Below, one piece after another: positions 9,626-18,312 of a DNA stretch of 49,957 nucleotides. The notes beneath the pieces were generated by a model. That model searched no databases and was not told the origin of the DNA. It saw only the letters and a list, made by a program, of their open reading frames with translations. Each line of letters starts with the position of its first letter. Positions within the stretch are counted from its first letter, which is position 1. Both the position numbers and the translations under genes were made by a program. This DNA comes from Thermotogota bacterium. GTDB lineage: Bacteria; Thermotogota; Thermotogae; MWEM01. Location of the stretch: positions 1-49,957 of the forward strand of contig JAYEGQ010000174.1 of the NCBI GenBank assembly GCA_034659095.1. The letters are read 5' to 3'.

Positions 9626-11011
9626 ATGACAAGACAAGAATTTTGGAAATTTATTGAGGAAAACGAAGTACTTTTCGTTGACTTGAAAGTAGTTGATTTT
9701 TACGGTGGTTGGAAGCATGTAACACTTCCTATTGAAACGGTTAACGACAAATTGCTTGAAAACGGGGTTGGTTTTGACGCTTCCAATTTTGGTTATGCAG
9801 TTGTTGAGAAAAGTGACATGGTCATGATACCTGATTTGGATACGGTTATTTTAGATGATTTTGGTGAATATGAAACGGCTTCCATTATCTGTGACGTGTA
9901 CGATCCCCAAACAGGCGAACGATTTGATCAGGATCCCAGGGGAATACTGACAAAGGTTATTGAAAAAGTTCAAAAAGAGGGAATCGCTGATGAGATTCTC
10001 TTTGGACCGGAATACGAATTTCACGTATTGGATGAAGTAGTACATGAAGTAAAGCCTAACAGTATCATGCTTCACATTGACAGCTGTGAGGGATTTTGGA
10101 ATTCAGGGGAAACTGGAGAATATCTAATTGGAAAGAAAAGGGGTTATCACAGAACGGCACCTTTTGATAAATTCTTTGTTTTAAGAAATGAGATTGTCAA
10201 TGAATTGGTACGTTTGGGTATAGAAGTCAAATATCATCATCACGAAGTGGGAACAGCTCAGCTTGAGATTGAAACCAATTTCATGGATGCAAAAAAAGCT
10301 GCGGATGCTACTCTTTTAACTAAATACATCATTCGAAATATTACACTTGAACACGGTTTTTTAGTTACGTTCCTACCCAAACCCATCTACAACGAAGCTG
10401 GAAATGGCATGCATGTCCATCAATTCATGAAAAAAGCCGACAAAAATGTCTTTGCTGGCGACAAGGTTTACGGTCTCTCTGAATTGGCATTAAATTACAC
10501 AGCCGGAATACTCAAGCATTCACGAGCACTTTTGGGATTCTCCAATCCGACAACAAACTCCTATCGCCGACTAGTTCCGGGGTTTGAAGCACCTACAAAT
10601 GCAGTATTTGCTCTTGCCAACAGAACTTCTGCGATAAGAATACCCGGTTATGTTAAAGACGATGCCAAAAGAAGAATCGAGTTCAGAACGATCGATGCCA
10701 CCTGCAATCCTTATTTGGCATTTGCGGCCATGATCATGGCAGGAGTAGACGGAATATTGAACAAGATTGATCCCACTGAAGAAGGGTATGGACCATTTGA
10801 CGGTGATTTGAGTAAATCCATACAACACCCTCTTCCCAAAAATCTTGAAGAAGCTGTTATGGCATTGAAAGAAGATCATGATTTCCTGAAACGATGGGAT
10901 ATATTCCCGGAAGAAATGATCGATAAATGGGTGGAAAAGAAACTGGAGGAACATCGACTGGTTTCCACTATCACCCACCCAATGGAGTATCAGCTGTATT
11001 TTGATCTTTAA
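9626..11011 (+). CDS. glnA: glutamine synthetase, type I
   Basis: GS motifs are present: FGPEYEF, GNGMHVHQ, NPTTNSYRRLVPGFEAP and RIEFRTIDATCNPYLA. GGGGAGG lies 6 nt before ATG 9626. Confidence 0.9.
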   Translation: MTRQEFWKFIEENEVLFVDLKVVDFYGGWKHVTLPIETVNDKLLENGVGFDASNFGYAVVEKSDMVMIPDLDTVILDDFGEYETASIICDVYDPQTGERFDQDPRGILTKVIEKVQKEGIADEILFGPEYEFHVLDEVVHEVKPNSIMLHIDSCEGFWNSGETGEYLIGKKRGYHRTAPFDKFFVLRNEIVNELVRLGIEVKYHHHEVGTAQLEIETNFMDAKKAADATLLTKYIIRNITLEHGFLVTFLPKPIYNEAGNGMHVHQFMKKADKNVFAGDKVYGLSELALNYTAGILKHSRALLGFSNPTTNSYRRLVPGFEAPTNAVFALANRTSAIRIPGYVKDDAKRRIEFRTIDATCNPYLAFAAMIMAGVDGILNKIDPTEEGYGPFDGDLSKSIQHPLPKNLEEAVMALKEDHDFLKRWDIFPEEMIDKWVEKKLEEHRLVSTITHPMEYQLYFDL

Positions 11012-11043
11012 GGGTTTGTTCAAATGTTATAATAGATAAATCC

Positions 11044-11068
11044 AAGGCGGATGAGAATCCGCCTTTTC
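11044..11068 (+). terminator. rho-independent terminator after glnA
   Basis: AAGGCGGAT-gaga-ATCCGCCTT forms a 9-bp stem and is followed by TTTT. Confidence 0.75.
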
Positions 11069-11097
11069 ATTAATTTGTTTCAGAAAGGGAGGTTGTT

Positions 11098-12057
11098 ATG
11101 AAAGAAAAATGGTACAAAATCTCCGATGAAGTTGAAAAGGCGATTGAAAGTCAACAACCGGTGGTTGCTTTGGAATCAACCCTGATTGCCCAGGGATTGC
11201 CTTATCCAAAAAACATTGAAGTGGCTTTGGCAATGGAAGAAGAAGTGCGAAAAGCTGGAGCAATTCCCGCAACCATTGGCATCATAGAAGGGGTTTGTAA
11301 GATTGGACTGTCCAAAGATGAGGTAGAATTTCTCGGCAACGGAAAAGCCAAGGTTTTAAAAGTGGGTGAAGGGGAGATTCCTTACGTTATCGGTACAGAC
11401 AAAAACGCCTCTACAACGGTTAGTGGTACGGGCTGGTTGGCGGAAAGGTTCAACATCAAGGTTTTCGCAACGGGTGGCACAGGTGGCGTACATAAAGGGG
11501 TGACGGAAACTTATGATGTATCGCAGGATCTATTCACCATGAGTCATACCCCCATCATCATTGTCAGTTCAGGAGCAAAATCAATATTGGATATCGAAAA
11601 GACCTGTGAAGTGATGGAGTCCTACGGGATTTTGGTGTTGGGTCTTCAAACGGATTACTTCCCTGCCTTTTACAGCAGTGAATCATCCATCCCATTAAAT
11701 TATCGGGTGGAAGATGCCAAAGAAGTGGCAAAAGTCTATCAGGCAAAATTAACCCTTAAAGGAAAACAAACGCTGTTAGTGGCCAACCCCGTTCCCAAAG
11801 AAGAAGAAATCCCAGATAAGCAGATTAGCACGATCATTCGTGAAGCGGCTCAGGAGGCCGTTAGAAGGGGGGTAAAAGGGAAGAAAATAACCCCGTTTCT
11901 ATTGGCCAATATTGCCGAAAGAAGTGGAGGAACAAGTATGAAGGCCAATGTTGCTTTGCTATTAAACAACGCCAAAACAGCCGGGGAAATTGCAGCGGAG
12001 GTTGCAGAAGTTCTCGGTCAATCCTGTCAAAAACAGATAGGCTTTACACAAGCGTGA
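11098..12057 (+). CDS. psuG: pseudouridine-5'-phosphate glycosidase
   Basis: The N-terminal VALESTLIAQGLPYPKN and the motifs TGGTGGVH and IIVSSGAKSILDI are characteristic of PsuG/YeiN (indigoidine synthase A-like family). Confidence 0.9.
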   Translation: MKEKWYKISDEVEKAIESQQPVVALESTLIAQGLPYPKNIEVALAMEEEVRKAGAIPATIGIIEGVCKIGLSKDEVEFLGNGKAKVLKVGEGEIPYVIGTDKNASTTVSGTGWLAERFNIKVFATGGTGGVHKGVTETYDVSQDLFTMSHTPIIIVSSGAKSILDIEKTCEVMESYGILVLGLQTDYFPAFYSSESSIPLNYRVEDAKEVAKVYQAKLTLKGKQTLLVANPVPKEEEIPDKQISTIIREAAQEAVRRGVKGKKITPFLLANIAERSGGTSMKANVALLLNNAKTAGEIAAEVAEVLGQSCQKQIGFTQA

Positions 12058-12065
12058 AGGATACC

Positions 12066-12683
12066 ATGACTTGTGAATTTTGTGATATCCTGAAAAATCA
12101 ACGGGAAAAGATTATCACCGAAAATGAGTTGTTTTTTTCTTTTTTTGACAAATACCCGTTAAACGAGGGGCATCTCCTGGTGGTGCCTAAAAGACATTTC
12201 GCCGATTTTTTTGAAATAAACTCTCAGGAATGGTCAATGGCCAGGGATATGATCTTTGAGATAAAGGAAATATTGGATATTCAGTTTTCCCCAACGGGAT
12301 ACAACATCGGTGTGAATGTGGGAGCAGATGCGGGGCAAAGCATTTTTCACGCGCATATTCATATCATTCCCCGATACAGTGGTGATATCGAAAATCCCGG
12401 TCCAGAGGATCGAAAGGTTAACATGCCGTTGTTTGAATTTATGCGTGATAATGACCTTTTCAAAAAGATCATTTATTCTCAAATCGTTCAAAAGAAACTT
12501 GAAAGCGTGATTCAAAAGAGTGATAAAAACAGCCTTTCAGAGATCAAAGGAGACGAAGAATACCTTCAGTTATTGAAAAAGAGGTTGAAAAATGCTGTGG
12601 ATGAGTTTTGTGAAAAACATAATGGCCAATCTTATGATAAGATCATTGAATTGTTGGAGCTTATTTCCATTGTTAAAGGGTAA
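12066..12683 (+). CDS. HIT-family nucleotide hydrolase/transferase with approx. 90-aa C-terminal extension
   Basis: The N-terminus is MTCEFCDI and the histidine triad is HAHIHIIPR. The C-terminal helical tail (EEYLQLLKKRLKNAVDEFCEKHNGQSYDKIIELLELISIV) is not part of a standard HIT domain. ATG 12066 follows GAAGGA. An alternative GTG at 12054 overlaps the psuG stop. Confidence 0.8.
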   Translation: MTCEFCDILKNQREKIITENELFFSFFDKYPLNEGHLLVVPKRHFADFFEINSQEWSMARDMIFEIKEILDIQFSPTGYNIGVNVGADAGQSIFHAHIHIIPRYSGDIENPGPEDRKVNMPLFEFMRDNDLFKKIIYSQIVQKKLESVIQKSDKNSLSEIKGDEEYLQLLKKRLKNAVDEFCEKHNGQSYDKIIELLELISIVKG

Positions 12684-12687
12684 AAGT

Positions 12688-12990
12688 TCAGCATCTGTCA
12701 ACTGTTAATTCAAAACTAAATGTACTGCCGCGATTGGGCTCGCTATCCAAATGGATTTGAGAGTCCATTTTTTTAAGAATCTTGTCTACAATCGTTAATC
12801 CCAAGCCGGTACCACCTTACTTTCTTGTGATTAACGAATCGGCTTGTGTAAAATATTCAAAAATCTTTCCCCGTAGATCCTTTTGAATTCCTATTCCAGT
12901 GTCCTGTACTTCAAATATGATGATGTCCTTTTGTTCATCACTTTGTAGCTGTTGGTATCGAATCAAAACACTTCCCTGTTCTGAGTATTT
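12688..12990 (-). pseudogene. sensor histidine kinase, HATPase_c fragment with nonsense mutation
   Basis: The minus-strand translation reads KYSEQGSVLIRYQ..IIIFEVQDTGIGIQKDLRGKIFEYFTQADSLITRK*GGTGLGLTIVDKILKKMDSQIHLDSEPNRGSTFSFELTV. A TAA at 12817-12819 replaces the conserved Tyr of the G2 box. No DHp or sensor part lies upstream. Confidence 0.75.
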
Positions 12991-13297
12991 CCATCCTGTT
13001 GTTCTTTTTCGGGCAATATGTGACCCAGTTTTTTATCAACCAGCAAGAGGTGATTGAACTGGGACGGTATTTCAAGGCGCCTTAAGGGGAACGGGACATA
13101 CCATGCAGGCAACCACGGCAGATCTAATCCGATTATGGGGCGTTCGTATCCCTTTTGTACTGATTCTGTCTAAAATGTACGGGTTTAACGGTATCTTTTA
13201 CGCCATGATCATCAGTAATATCGGTGCGTTGATTATCGTAACCTTGTTCCTGCGGTTGGGAAATTGGAAGCAAAGAGTCGTCGAAGAATACCATTAA
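12991..13297 (+). pseudogene. MATE-family efflux transporter, C-terminal remnant
   Basis: ILLFFFGQYVTQFFINQQEVIELGRYFKAP* is followed by a frame change into MQATTADLIRLWGVRIPFVLILSKMYGFNGIFYAMIISNIGALIIVTLFLRLGNWK, a typical MATE C-terminus. The first approx. 350 aa are missing. Confidence 0.65.
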
Positions 13298-13323
13298 AAA
13301 AAGGGGCACATTCAAGCCCCTTT
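13295..13323 (-). terminator. rho-independent terminator after trxB (structurally bidirectional)
   Basis: The GGGGC/GCCCC stem can be extended by A:T pairs. On the minus strand it is followed by a T8 run and begins 21 nt after the trxB stop. Confidence 0.8.
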
Positions 13324-13343
13324 CAATGGAGATGTTTCTGTGT

Positions 13344-14312
13344 TTAAAAATAAAGTTTTATGGCACTTGATGCGGTACTTGCACCATCTGCAGCCGCATT
13401 GATTATTTGTCTTAATTCTTTGTCAATGACATCCCCTGCGGCAAAAACACCAGGTAATGATGTTTCAAAAGTTACGGGATTGACATTTATAAAGCCATCA
13501 TGGGTGGTTTGAAGTAGATTTTTAAAAAGAGCTGAATTGGGAACCAGACCGATGTATATAAAAACACCATCAACCGGAAAATCACTTTGTGTGCCATCTT
13601 TCACGTTTTTCAAGACCAAATTGTTGACAAAGGCATCACCTTGAATCTCATCAACCACTGAGTCCCAGACAAAATCTATTTTCGGGTTGTTAAAGGCTCG
13701 CTCTTGTAATATCTTATCTGCTCGTAATTGATCTCTTCGATGCACCACGGTTACTCTCGCAGCGGTTTGTGTTAAATACAATCCTTCATCGATGGCGGAA
13801 TTTCCACCGCCAATCACTGCCACATGTTTATCTCTAAAAAAGGCCCCGTCACAAATAGCACAATACGATACACCTTTGCCTTCATAGTCTTTTTCACCAG
13901 GAACGCCAAGTTTTCTGTGGGTGGCACCCGTTGCAATCACTATCGTTTTTGCTTCAATTTCTCTGGAATCATCCATTACGATAGTCTTTTTATCACAACA
14001 GAAAGAAAGATTTCGAACCCCTCGATTGGAAATCGTTGCACCGAAATGTCTGGCATGATCGCTAAATTTTTCAGCCAACTCCAAGCCATCTATCGATATG
14101 AATCCCGGGTAATTTTCAACCTTTTCAGTGGCGGCAATCTGTCCACCTTCACTGCTTTTTTCAATTACCAAGGTATCCAATCCGCCTCTTGAAGCATATA
14201 TGGCAGCTGTTAAACCTGCAGGACCGCCACCTATAATCACCATATCGTATTGGTCTTTTGTTTCTGTAGAACCTTTTGAATCCCCCAAATCAAAGAAAAC
14301 CACTACTATCAC
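13344..14312 (-). CDS. trxB: thioredoxin-disulfide reductase
   Basis: Contains FAD motif VIIGGGPAGLTAAIYA, redox-active CAICDG, NADPH motif VIGGGNSAIDEG and C-terminal FAAGDV. The exact start is uncertain: GTG 14312, or a downstream GTG or ATG. Confidence 0.9.
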   Translation of the reverse strand: MIVVVFFDLGDSKGSTETKDQYDMVIIGGGPAGLTAAIYASRGGLDTLVIEKSSEGGQIAATEKVENYPGFISIDGLELAEKFSDHARHFGATISNRGVRNLSFCCDKKTIVMDDSREIEAKTIVIATGATHRKLGVPGEKDYEGKGVSYCAICDGAFFRDKHVAVIGGGNSAIDEGLYLTQTAARVTVVHRRDQLRADKILQERAFNNPKIDFVWDSVVDEIQGDAFVNNLVLKNVKDGTQSDFPVDGVFIYIGLVPNSALFKNLLQTTHDGFINVNPVTFETSLPGVFAAGDVIDKELRQIINAAADGASTASSAIKLYF

Positions 14313-14325
14313 CCCGTTTGTTGTT

Positions 14326-14991
14326 TTAAAGTACTTTCAAGACTTCCTTAAGATATTCCTTTTCAGGGAAGGCGCCTACAAATGAATTTGCTCCGTCATT
14401 GATGACCATTTTCGGAACAGATGAAACTTCGTATTTGGCAGATAACTCAGGAAATTCTGAAGCCTCAACCATTTCTCCAGAAATAAACTCAGGATTAATC
14501 ATTGAGAAGAAATGAGCGGTTAAAACAGCCTTAGGGCAATAAGGGCAAGTTGGTGTAACAAAAGCCTGGATTTTAACCGGTTTATTGATCGCCTTTAATT
14601 TCTCAACAACCTCTTTACTCACTGGAGGATTGGCTCCGTTTGAGATGATTATGATATCTTCAAGCAATGTGGCAAATTCATGGCCAAAGGGTGCTCCATG
14701 AAAGATTACATTATAATCTTTTGAATCTTTGTCTAATATGACAAAACCCGGCAGATATTCTACGCCGTATTGTTTAGCCAGGTCTTTGTTTTGTTCGTAG
14801 ATATGTTCCTCCACTTCCAGTTTTCCCCCGGAAAGTGTCGAAACTTCCTGTAATACCTCTTTGGTTAGATTACAGTAATGGCATTTCGATTCGTCTTCTG
14901 TGAGGAAAAGGATGATCTTTACAGTATCCTTCATCTCCTCAGTTAGTCTATCCTTAATTTCTGTCTGATCTTTCTTCTTTAATAGTCCCAT
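14326..14991 (-). CDS. glutaredoxin-like protein disulfide oxidoreductase (two thioredoxin folds)
   Basis: 221 aa with two CxxC centres, CHYC and CPYC, in tandem Trx-fold halves. It sits immediately upstream of trxB, as in the Thermotoga/Pyrococcus PDO-TrxR systems. Confidence 0.85.
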   Translation of the reverse strand: MGLLKKKDQTEIKDRLTEEMKDTVKIILFLTEDESKCHYCNLTKEVLQEVSTLSGGKLEVEEHIYEQNKDLAKQYGVEYLPGFVILDKDSKDYNVIFHGAPFGHEFATLLEDIIIISNGANPPVSKEVVEKLKAINKPVKIQAFVTPTCPYCPKAVLTAHFFSMINPEFISGEMVEASEFPELSAKYEVSSVPKMVINDGANSFVGAFPEKEYLKEVLKVL

Positions 14992-15027
14992 TTTTCAACC
15001 TCCAAAAAAATAAATAAAATAAATAAA

Positions 15028-15048
15028 ATTATACCCCCTAAGGGTATA
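15028..15048 (-). promoter_or_regulatory. putative -10 box overlapped by a 7-bp-arm palindrome upstream of the PDO-trxB operon
   Basis: The minus strand reads TATACCC-ttagg-GGGTATAAT. The TATAAT (15028-15033) is embedded in the right arm. A GGAGG RBS and ATG 14991 lie approx. 35 nt downstream. No good -35 box is present. Confidence 0.35.
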
Positions 15049-15097
15049 CAATAAGATTTGACGTTAAACAACAAAATTTATTCCAACACTTTTGTAT

Positions 15098-15120
15098 CGG
15101 GAACCCCTATAGGGCTCCCG
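15098..15120 (-). terminator. stem-loop 6 nt downstream of the stomatin gene stop (weak U-tract)
   Basis: CGGGAGCCC-tatag-GGGTTCCCG forms a 9-bp stem with one G:U pair. It lacks a clear T-run, so termination function is uncertain. Confidence 0.4.
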
Positions 15121-15126
15121 CTTTGA

Positions 15127-16053
15127 TTATTTATTGTTTTCTTCTTTTTCCTCTTGGCCTTTTTTGTTAAACATCTCACCAATAGCCCCAATACTACCTA
15201 AGATGCCTGATACTTCCAAGGGGAGGAAGATCTTGGATGCCTTTCCGTTGGAAATATCCTTCAAGGCTTCAAGGTATTTGATGGCAATGACGTCATCTGT
15301 AGCCTTTCCTTTGTGTATGGATTCAAAGACCTTGTAAATGGCCTCAGCCTGTCCTTCAGCCTCTATACTTAATTGGAACTTTCGGGCTTCAGCTTCCAGT
15401 CTGACAGCTTCAGCTTTACCCTGAGCATCTAAAATCCATGCCTGTTTCTTACCTTCCGCCTTTGTAATTTCAGATTCCTTAATTCCCTGAGCTTCCAAAA
15501 TGACGGCTCGTTTGATTCTTTCAGATTTCATCTGACGACTCATGGCATCGGTAATATCTTGTGGTGGATCGATACGTTTAATTTCAACCCTTGAGACCTT
15601 TACTCCCCAGCTGTCGGTTGCATCGTCCAACACTTCTCTTAGTTTCGTATTAATCATTTCTCTGGATGTTAATGTCTGATCCAGTTCCAGTTCACCGATA
15701 ACGTTTCTTAGGTTCGTTTGAGCAAGTTTAACCGCAGCATCTTGAAACATGGAGATGTTATAAAGCACCATATAGGCATCTGTTACCTGATAATAAATAA
15801 TGGCATCAACGGATACCACCACATTATCGTTGGTGATTACTTCCTGTGGAGGAACATCAATCACCTGTTCTCGCATATCCACTTTTGTCATTCTTTCAAA
15901 TAACGGTATGATAAATTGAATACCTGATTCTCCAATACGGCTGAATTTTCCAAGTCTTTCCACGACACCCTTTTCATAAGGCCTGATGATTTTTATACCG
16001 ACCATTGCGAAAATGAAAACAAAAACGATAATTATAACAAGTGCAATCAGCAT
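15127..16053 (-). CDS. SPFH/band 7 (stomatin-like) protein
   Basis: An N-terminal TM helix is followed by an SPFH domain ([39 protein letters not shown]) and an Ala/Glu-rich coiled coil. Confidence 0.9.
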   Translation of the reverse strand: MLIALVIIIVFVFIFAMVGIKIIRPYEKGVVERLGKFSRIGESGIQFIIPLFERMTKVDMREQVIDVPPQEVITNDNVVVSVDAIIYYQVTDAYMVLYNISMFQDAAVKLAQTNLRNVIGELELDQTLTSREMINTKLREVLDDATDSWGVKVSRVEIKRIDPPQDITDAMSRQMKSERIKRAVILEAQGIKESEITKAEGKKQAWILDAQGKAEAVRLEAEARKFQLSIEAEGQAEAIYKVFESIHKGKATDDVIAIKYLEALKDISNGKASKIFLPLEVSGILGSIGAIGEMFNKKGQEEKEENNK

Positions 16054-16065
16054 ACTCTTACCTCC

Positions 16066-16506
16066 TTAATGTTCTTCGATTTCTTCAACGTATATTTTTA
16101 CCCCGTAAAGTTTTTTAACAACAACTCTTCTTCCTCTTTCAATTTCAATGCCCTTCTCTGAAACCGCACGCCAAACTTGTCCGTTCATTTTAACCAATCC
16201 CCTGGAACTGTCGGAAAGTATGGTTTCTGTAACCATTCCAGTTTTTCCGATAATCTCGTCCTGTGTAATTTTTCTGGATGGTTCACCTGACATTTTGTTG
16301 GTCAATCTTCTGGTGAATAAAACCAGTAAAAATGAAACACCGGCAAATATCAGCAGTTCCAGTGTGAAGGAATCAATCCACAACCATGAAACAAGAGCTG
16401 TGAAAAGTGCGCTAACACCAAACCACATTATAAAAAAGGTGGTGGTGAACATTTCTGTGATTAATAAAATAAACCCAAAAATCATCCAAATTATTTCACG
16501 ACTCAT
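16066..16506 (-). CDS. NfeD-family membrane protein (stomatin operon partner)
   Basis: Three or four N-terminal TM helices are followed by a C-terminal OB-like domain (GKTGMVTE..GLVKMNGQVWRAVS). GAGGTGA precedes ATG 16506. It sits directly upstream of the SPFH gene. Confidence 0.85.
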   Translation of the reverse strand: MSREIIWMIFGFILLITEMFTTTFFIMWFGVSALFTALVSWLWIDSFTLELLIFAGVSFLLVLFTRRLTNKMSGEPSRKITQDEIIGKTGMVTETILSDSSRGLVKMNGQVWRAVSEKGIEIERGRRVVVKKLYGVKIYVEEIEEH

Positions 16507-16558
16507 TTTTATCACCTCTTTAGTATAAGACAGAAAAAAGTCATGTGTTATTTCCTTT

Positions 16559-17293
16559 TCAAACTTTTTTCCCCTTTAGTACTTGTTTGACGAAAGACAT
16601 AATTTGAAATATCACTTTGAATTTTTTGATTGGGTGCTGCAAGATACGATATAACCATTCAAGATTTGCTTTCTGAACCCAACCCGGAGCACGTTTGGCC
16701 GTATTTGCGTAAATATCAAGGGATCCCCCTACCCCAATGGCCAAGGTACATCCAGTTTGCTCAAAAAAACGATATATCCATTTCTCCTGTCGTGGAGCCC
16801 CTAATCCCACAAATAAAACATCTACATGACTCTCTTTTATATGTTGACATATGGCTTGACTCTCTTTTTCAAAATCAAAATAACCGTTGCGATAACCTTT
16901 GATCTCTATACCAGTTTCCAGATGAAGATTGACAGAAGCCTTTTGTGCAACACCTTCCAATCCCCCAAGAATATAGGCATTCTTCTCCAAATCCGAACAG
17001 ATTTTGCAAATGGAATACATGATTTCAACACCCGGATAACGATCAATATTGACTCCATTCAGTCTTCTCAACGCCCATGAAAGACCCGTTCCATCCGGAA
17101 TTACAAAGGAATCTGAAATAGCCCTTGCTGCAAGTTGATCTTTCAGATAAAAATAGGCAATTTGTGCATTCATAGTGGTGATCTTTATCTTCTCATCTTT
17201 CTCAAGACATTTTTTTAAGAAAACATCAATATCTTCTCGACTGGAACTGACGATATCCAGTCCATAAAAATCCGTAAACGTCATTTTCTTCAT
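16559..17293 (-). CDS. WecB/TagA/CpsF-family glycosyltransferase
   Basis: Contains the motif VLFVGLGAPRQEKWI and an NLEWLYRILQHP tail, typical of the N-acetylmannosaminyltransferase family. Confidence 0.85.
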   Translation of the reverse strand: MKKMTFTDFYGLDIVSSSREDIDVFLKKCLEKDEKIKITTMNAQIAYFYLKDQLAARAISDSFVIPDGTGLSWALRRLNGVNIDRYPGVEIMYSICKICSDLEKNAYILGGLEGVAQKASVNLHLETGIEIKGYRNGYFDFEKESQAICQHIKESHVDVLFVGLGAPRQEKWIYRFFEQTGCTLAIGVGGSLDIYANTAKRAPGWVQKANLEWLYRILQHPIKKFKVIFQIMSFVKQVLKGKKV

Positions 17294-17327
17294 ATATCTA
17301 TTCTAACAGATTTAAGTCAAAAAAAAG

Positions 17328-17336
17328 TGATATAAT
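17328..17336 (+). promoter_or_regulatory. extended -10 element (TGaTATAAT) upstream of pdxK
   Basis: TGATATAAT lies 50 nt upstream of ATG 17386, and an AGGAGG RBS lies between them. No clear -35 box is present. Confidence 0.4.
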
Positions 17337-17385
17337 CCAATCAAACAAAAGAACGATTTGGAATGAACTAAAAAAAGGAGGAGTT

Positions 17386-18258
17386 ATGAAAAATATCGTT
17401 CCCAGAATAGCAGCGATACATGATATCTCAGGTTTTGGAAGGGCATCGCTGACGGTGATTATTCCCATACTCTCCAATATGGGGTTCCAAGTCTGTCCGG
17501 TGCCAACAGCCGTACTCTCAACTCATACGGGAGGCTTTAAAGACTTTCAATTCATTGATTTAACACCTCAACTCCAAGGGTATATCAATCATTGGAAATC
17601 CCTTGATTTGAAATTCGATGCCATTTATTCAGGTTTTTTGGGTTCCGATGAACAAATTGATATTGTCAGAGGATTTTTCGAAGATTTTAAACGTGAAGAT
17701 CAAATGAAAGTAATCGACCCGGTGATGGGTGATGAAGGGAAACTGTATCAAACGGTCACCAACGGTATGGTTAAAGGTATGAAGCATTTGATTTCAGAGG
17801 CAGATGTGATTACACCAAATATTACAGAAGCTTCTTTTTTGTTGGATAGAGAAATTCCAAAGACCATAACGGATGAAGAGATCAAAGAATGGTTAAAAAA
17901 GCTTGCGACAATGGGACCACTTTTTACAGTCATAACAAGTGTTCCTAATGAATTGAAGGATAAAAGTACGTCAACGGTAGCTTATAATTCAAAAGATAAT
18001 CGCTACTGGAAGGTGACCTGCGATTACATCCCGGCCTTTTACCCGGGTACAGGGGATATGTTTACCAGTGTTTTGGTAGGAAGCCTGATGCAAGGAGACA
18101 GTCTTCCCATTGCTTTGGACCGGGCTCAACATTTTGTTTCATTAGCCATTCGCGCCACTTTTGGCTTTGAAATTCCACACAGAGAAGGTGTTTTGCTTGA
18201 GAGAGTTTTAGACAGCCTCAAGGCACCTGTTACGTCAACAAGCTATGAATTAATGTAG
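17386..18258 (+). CDS. pdxK: pyridoxamine/pyridoxal kinase
   Basis: The N-terminus AAIHDISGFGRASLTVIIPILSNMGFQVCPVPTAVLSTHTGGF and the motif YPGTGDMFTS match the PdxK/PdxY ribokinase-fold family. Confidence 0.85.
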   Translation: MKNIVPRIAAIHDISGFGRASLTVIIPILSNMGFQVCPVPTAVLSTHTGGFKDFQFIDLTPQLQGYINHWKSLDLKFDAIYSGFLGSDEQIDIVRGFFEDFKREDQMKVIDPVMGDEGKLYQTVTNGMVKGMKHLISEADVITPNITEASFLLDREIPKTITDEEIKEWLKKLATMGPLFTVITSVPNELKDKSTSTVAYNSKDNRYWKVTCDYIPAFYPGTGDMFTSVLVGSLMQGDSLPIALDRAQHFVSLAIRATFGFEIPHREGVLLERVLDSLKAPVTSTSYELM

Positions 18259-18312
18259 ATCAGGGTTTTTCATCCAAAACTCACCCTCATAACTTCATGA
18301 TACGCCTTATTC

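Noticed and set aside
18259-18312. A possible bidirectional terminator lies between the convergent pdxK and ThrC-like genes (AGGGT..ACCCT).
   Set aside because: The stem is only 5 bp with a 16-nt loop and there is no convincing U-tract on either strand.
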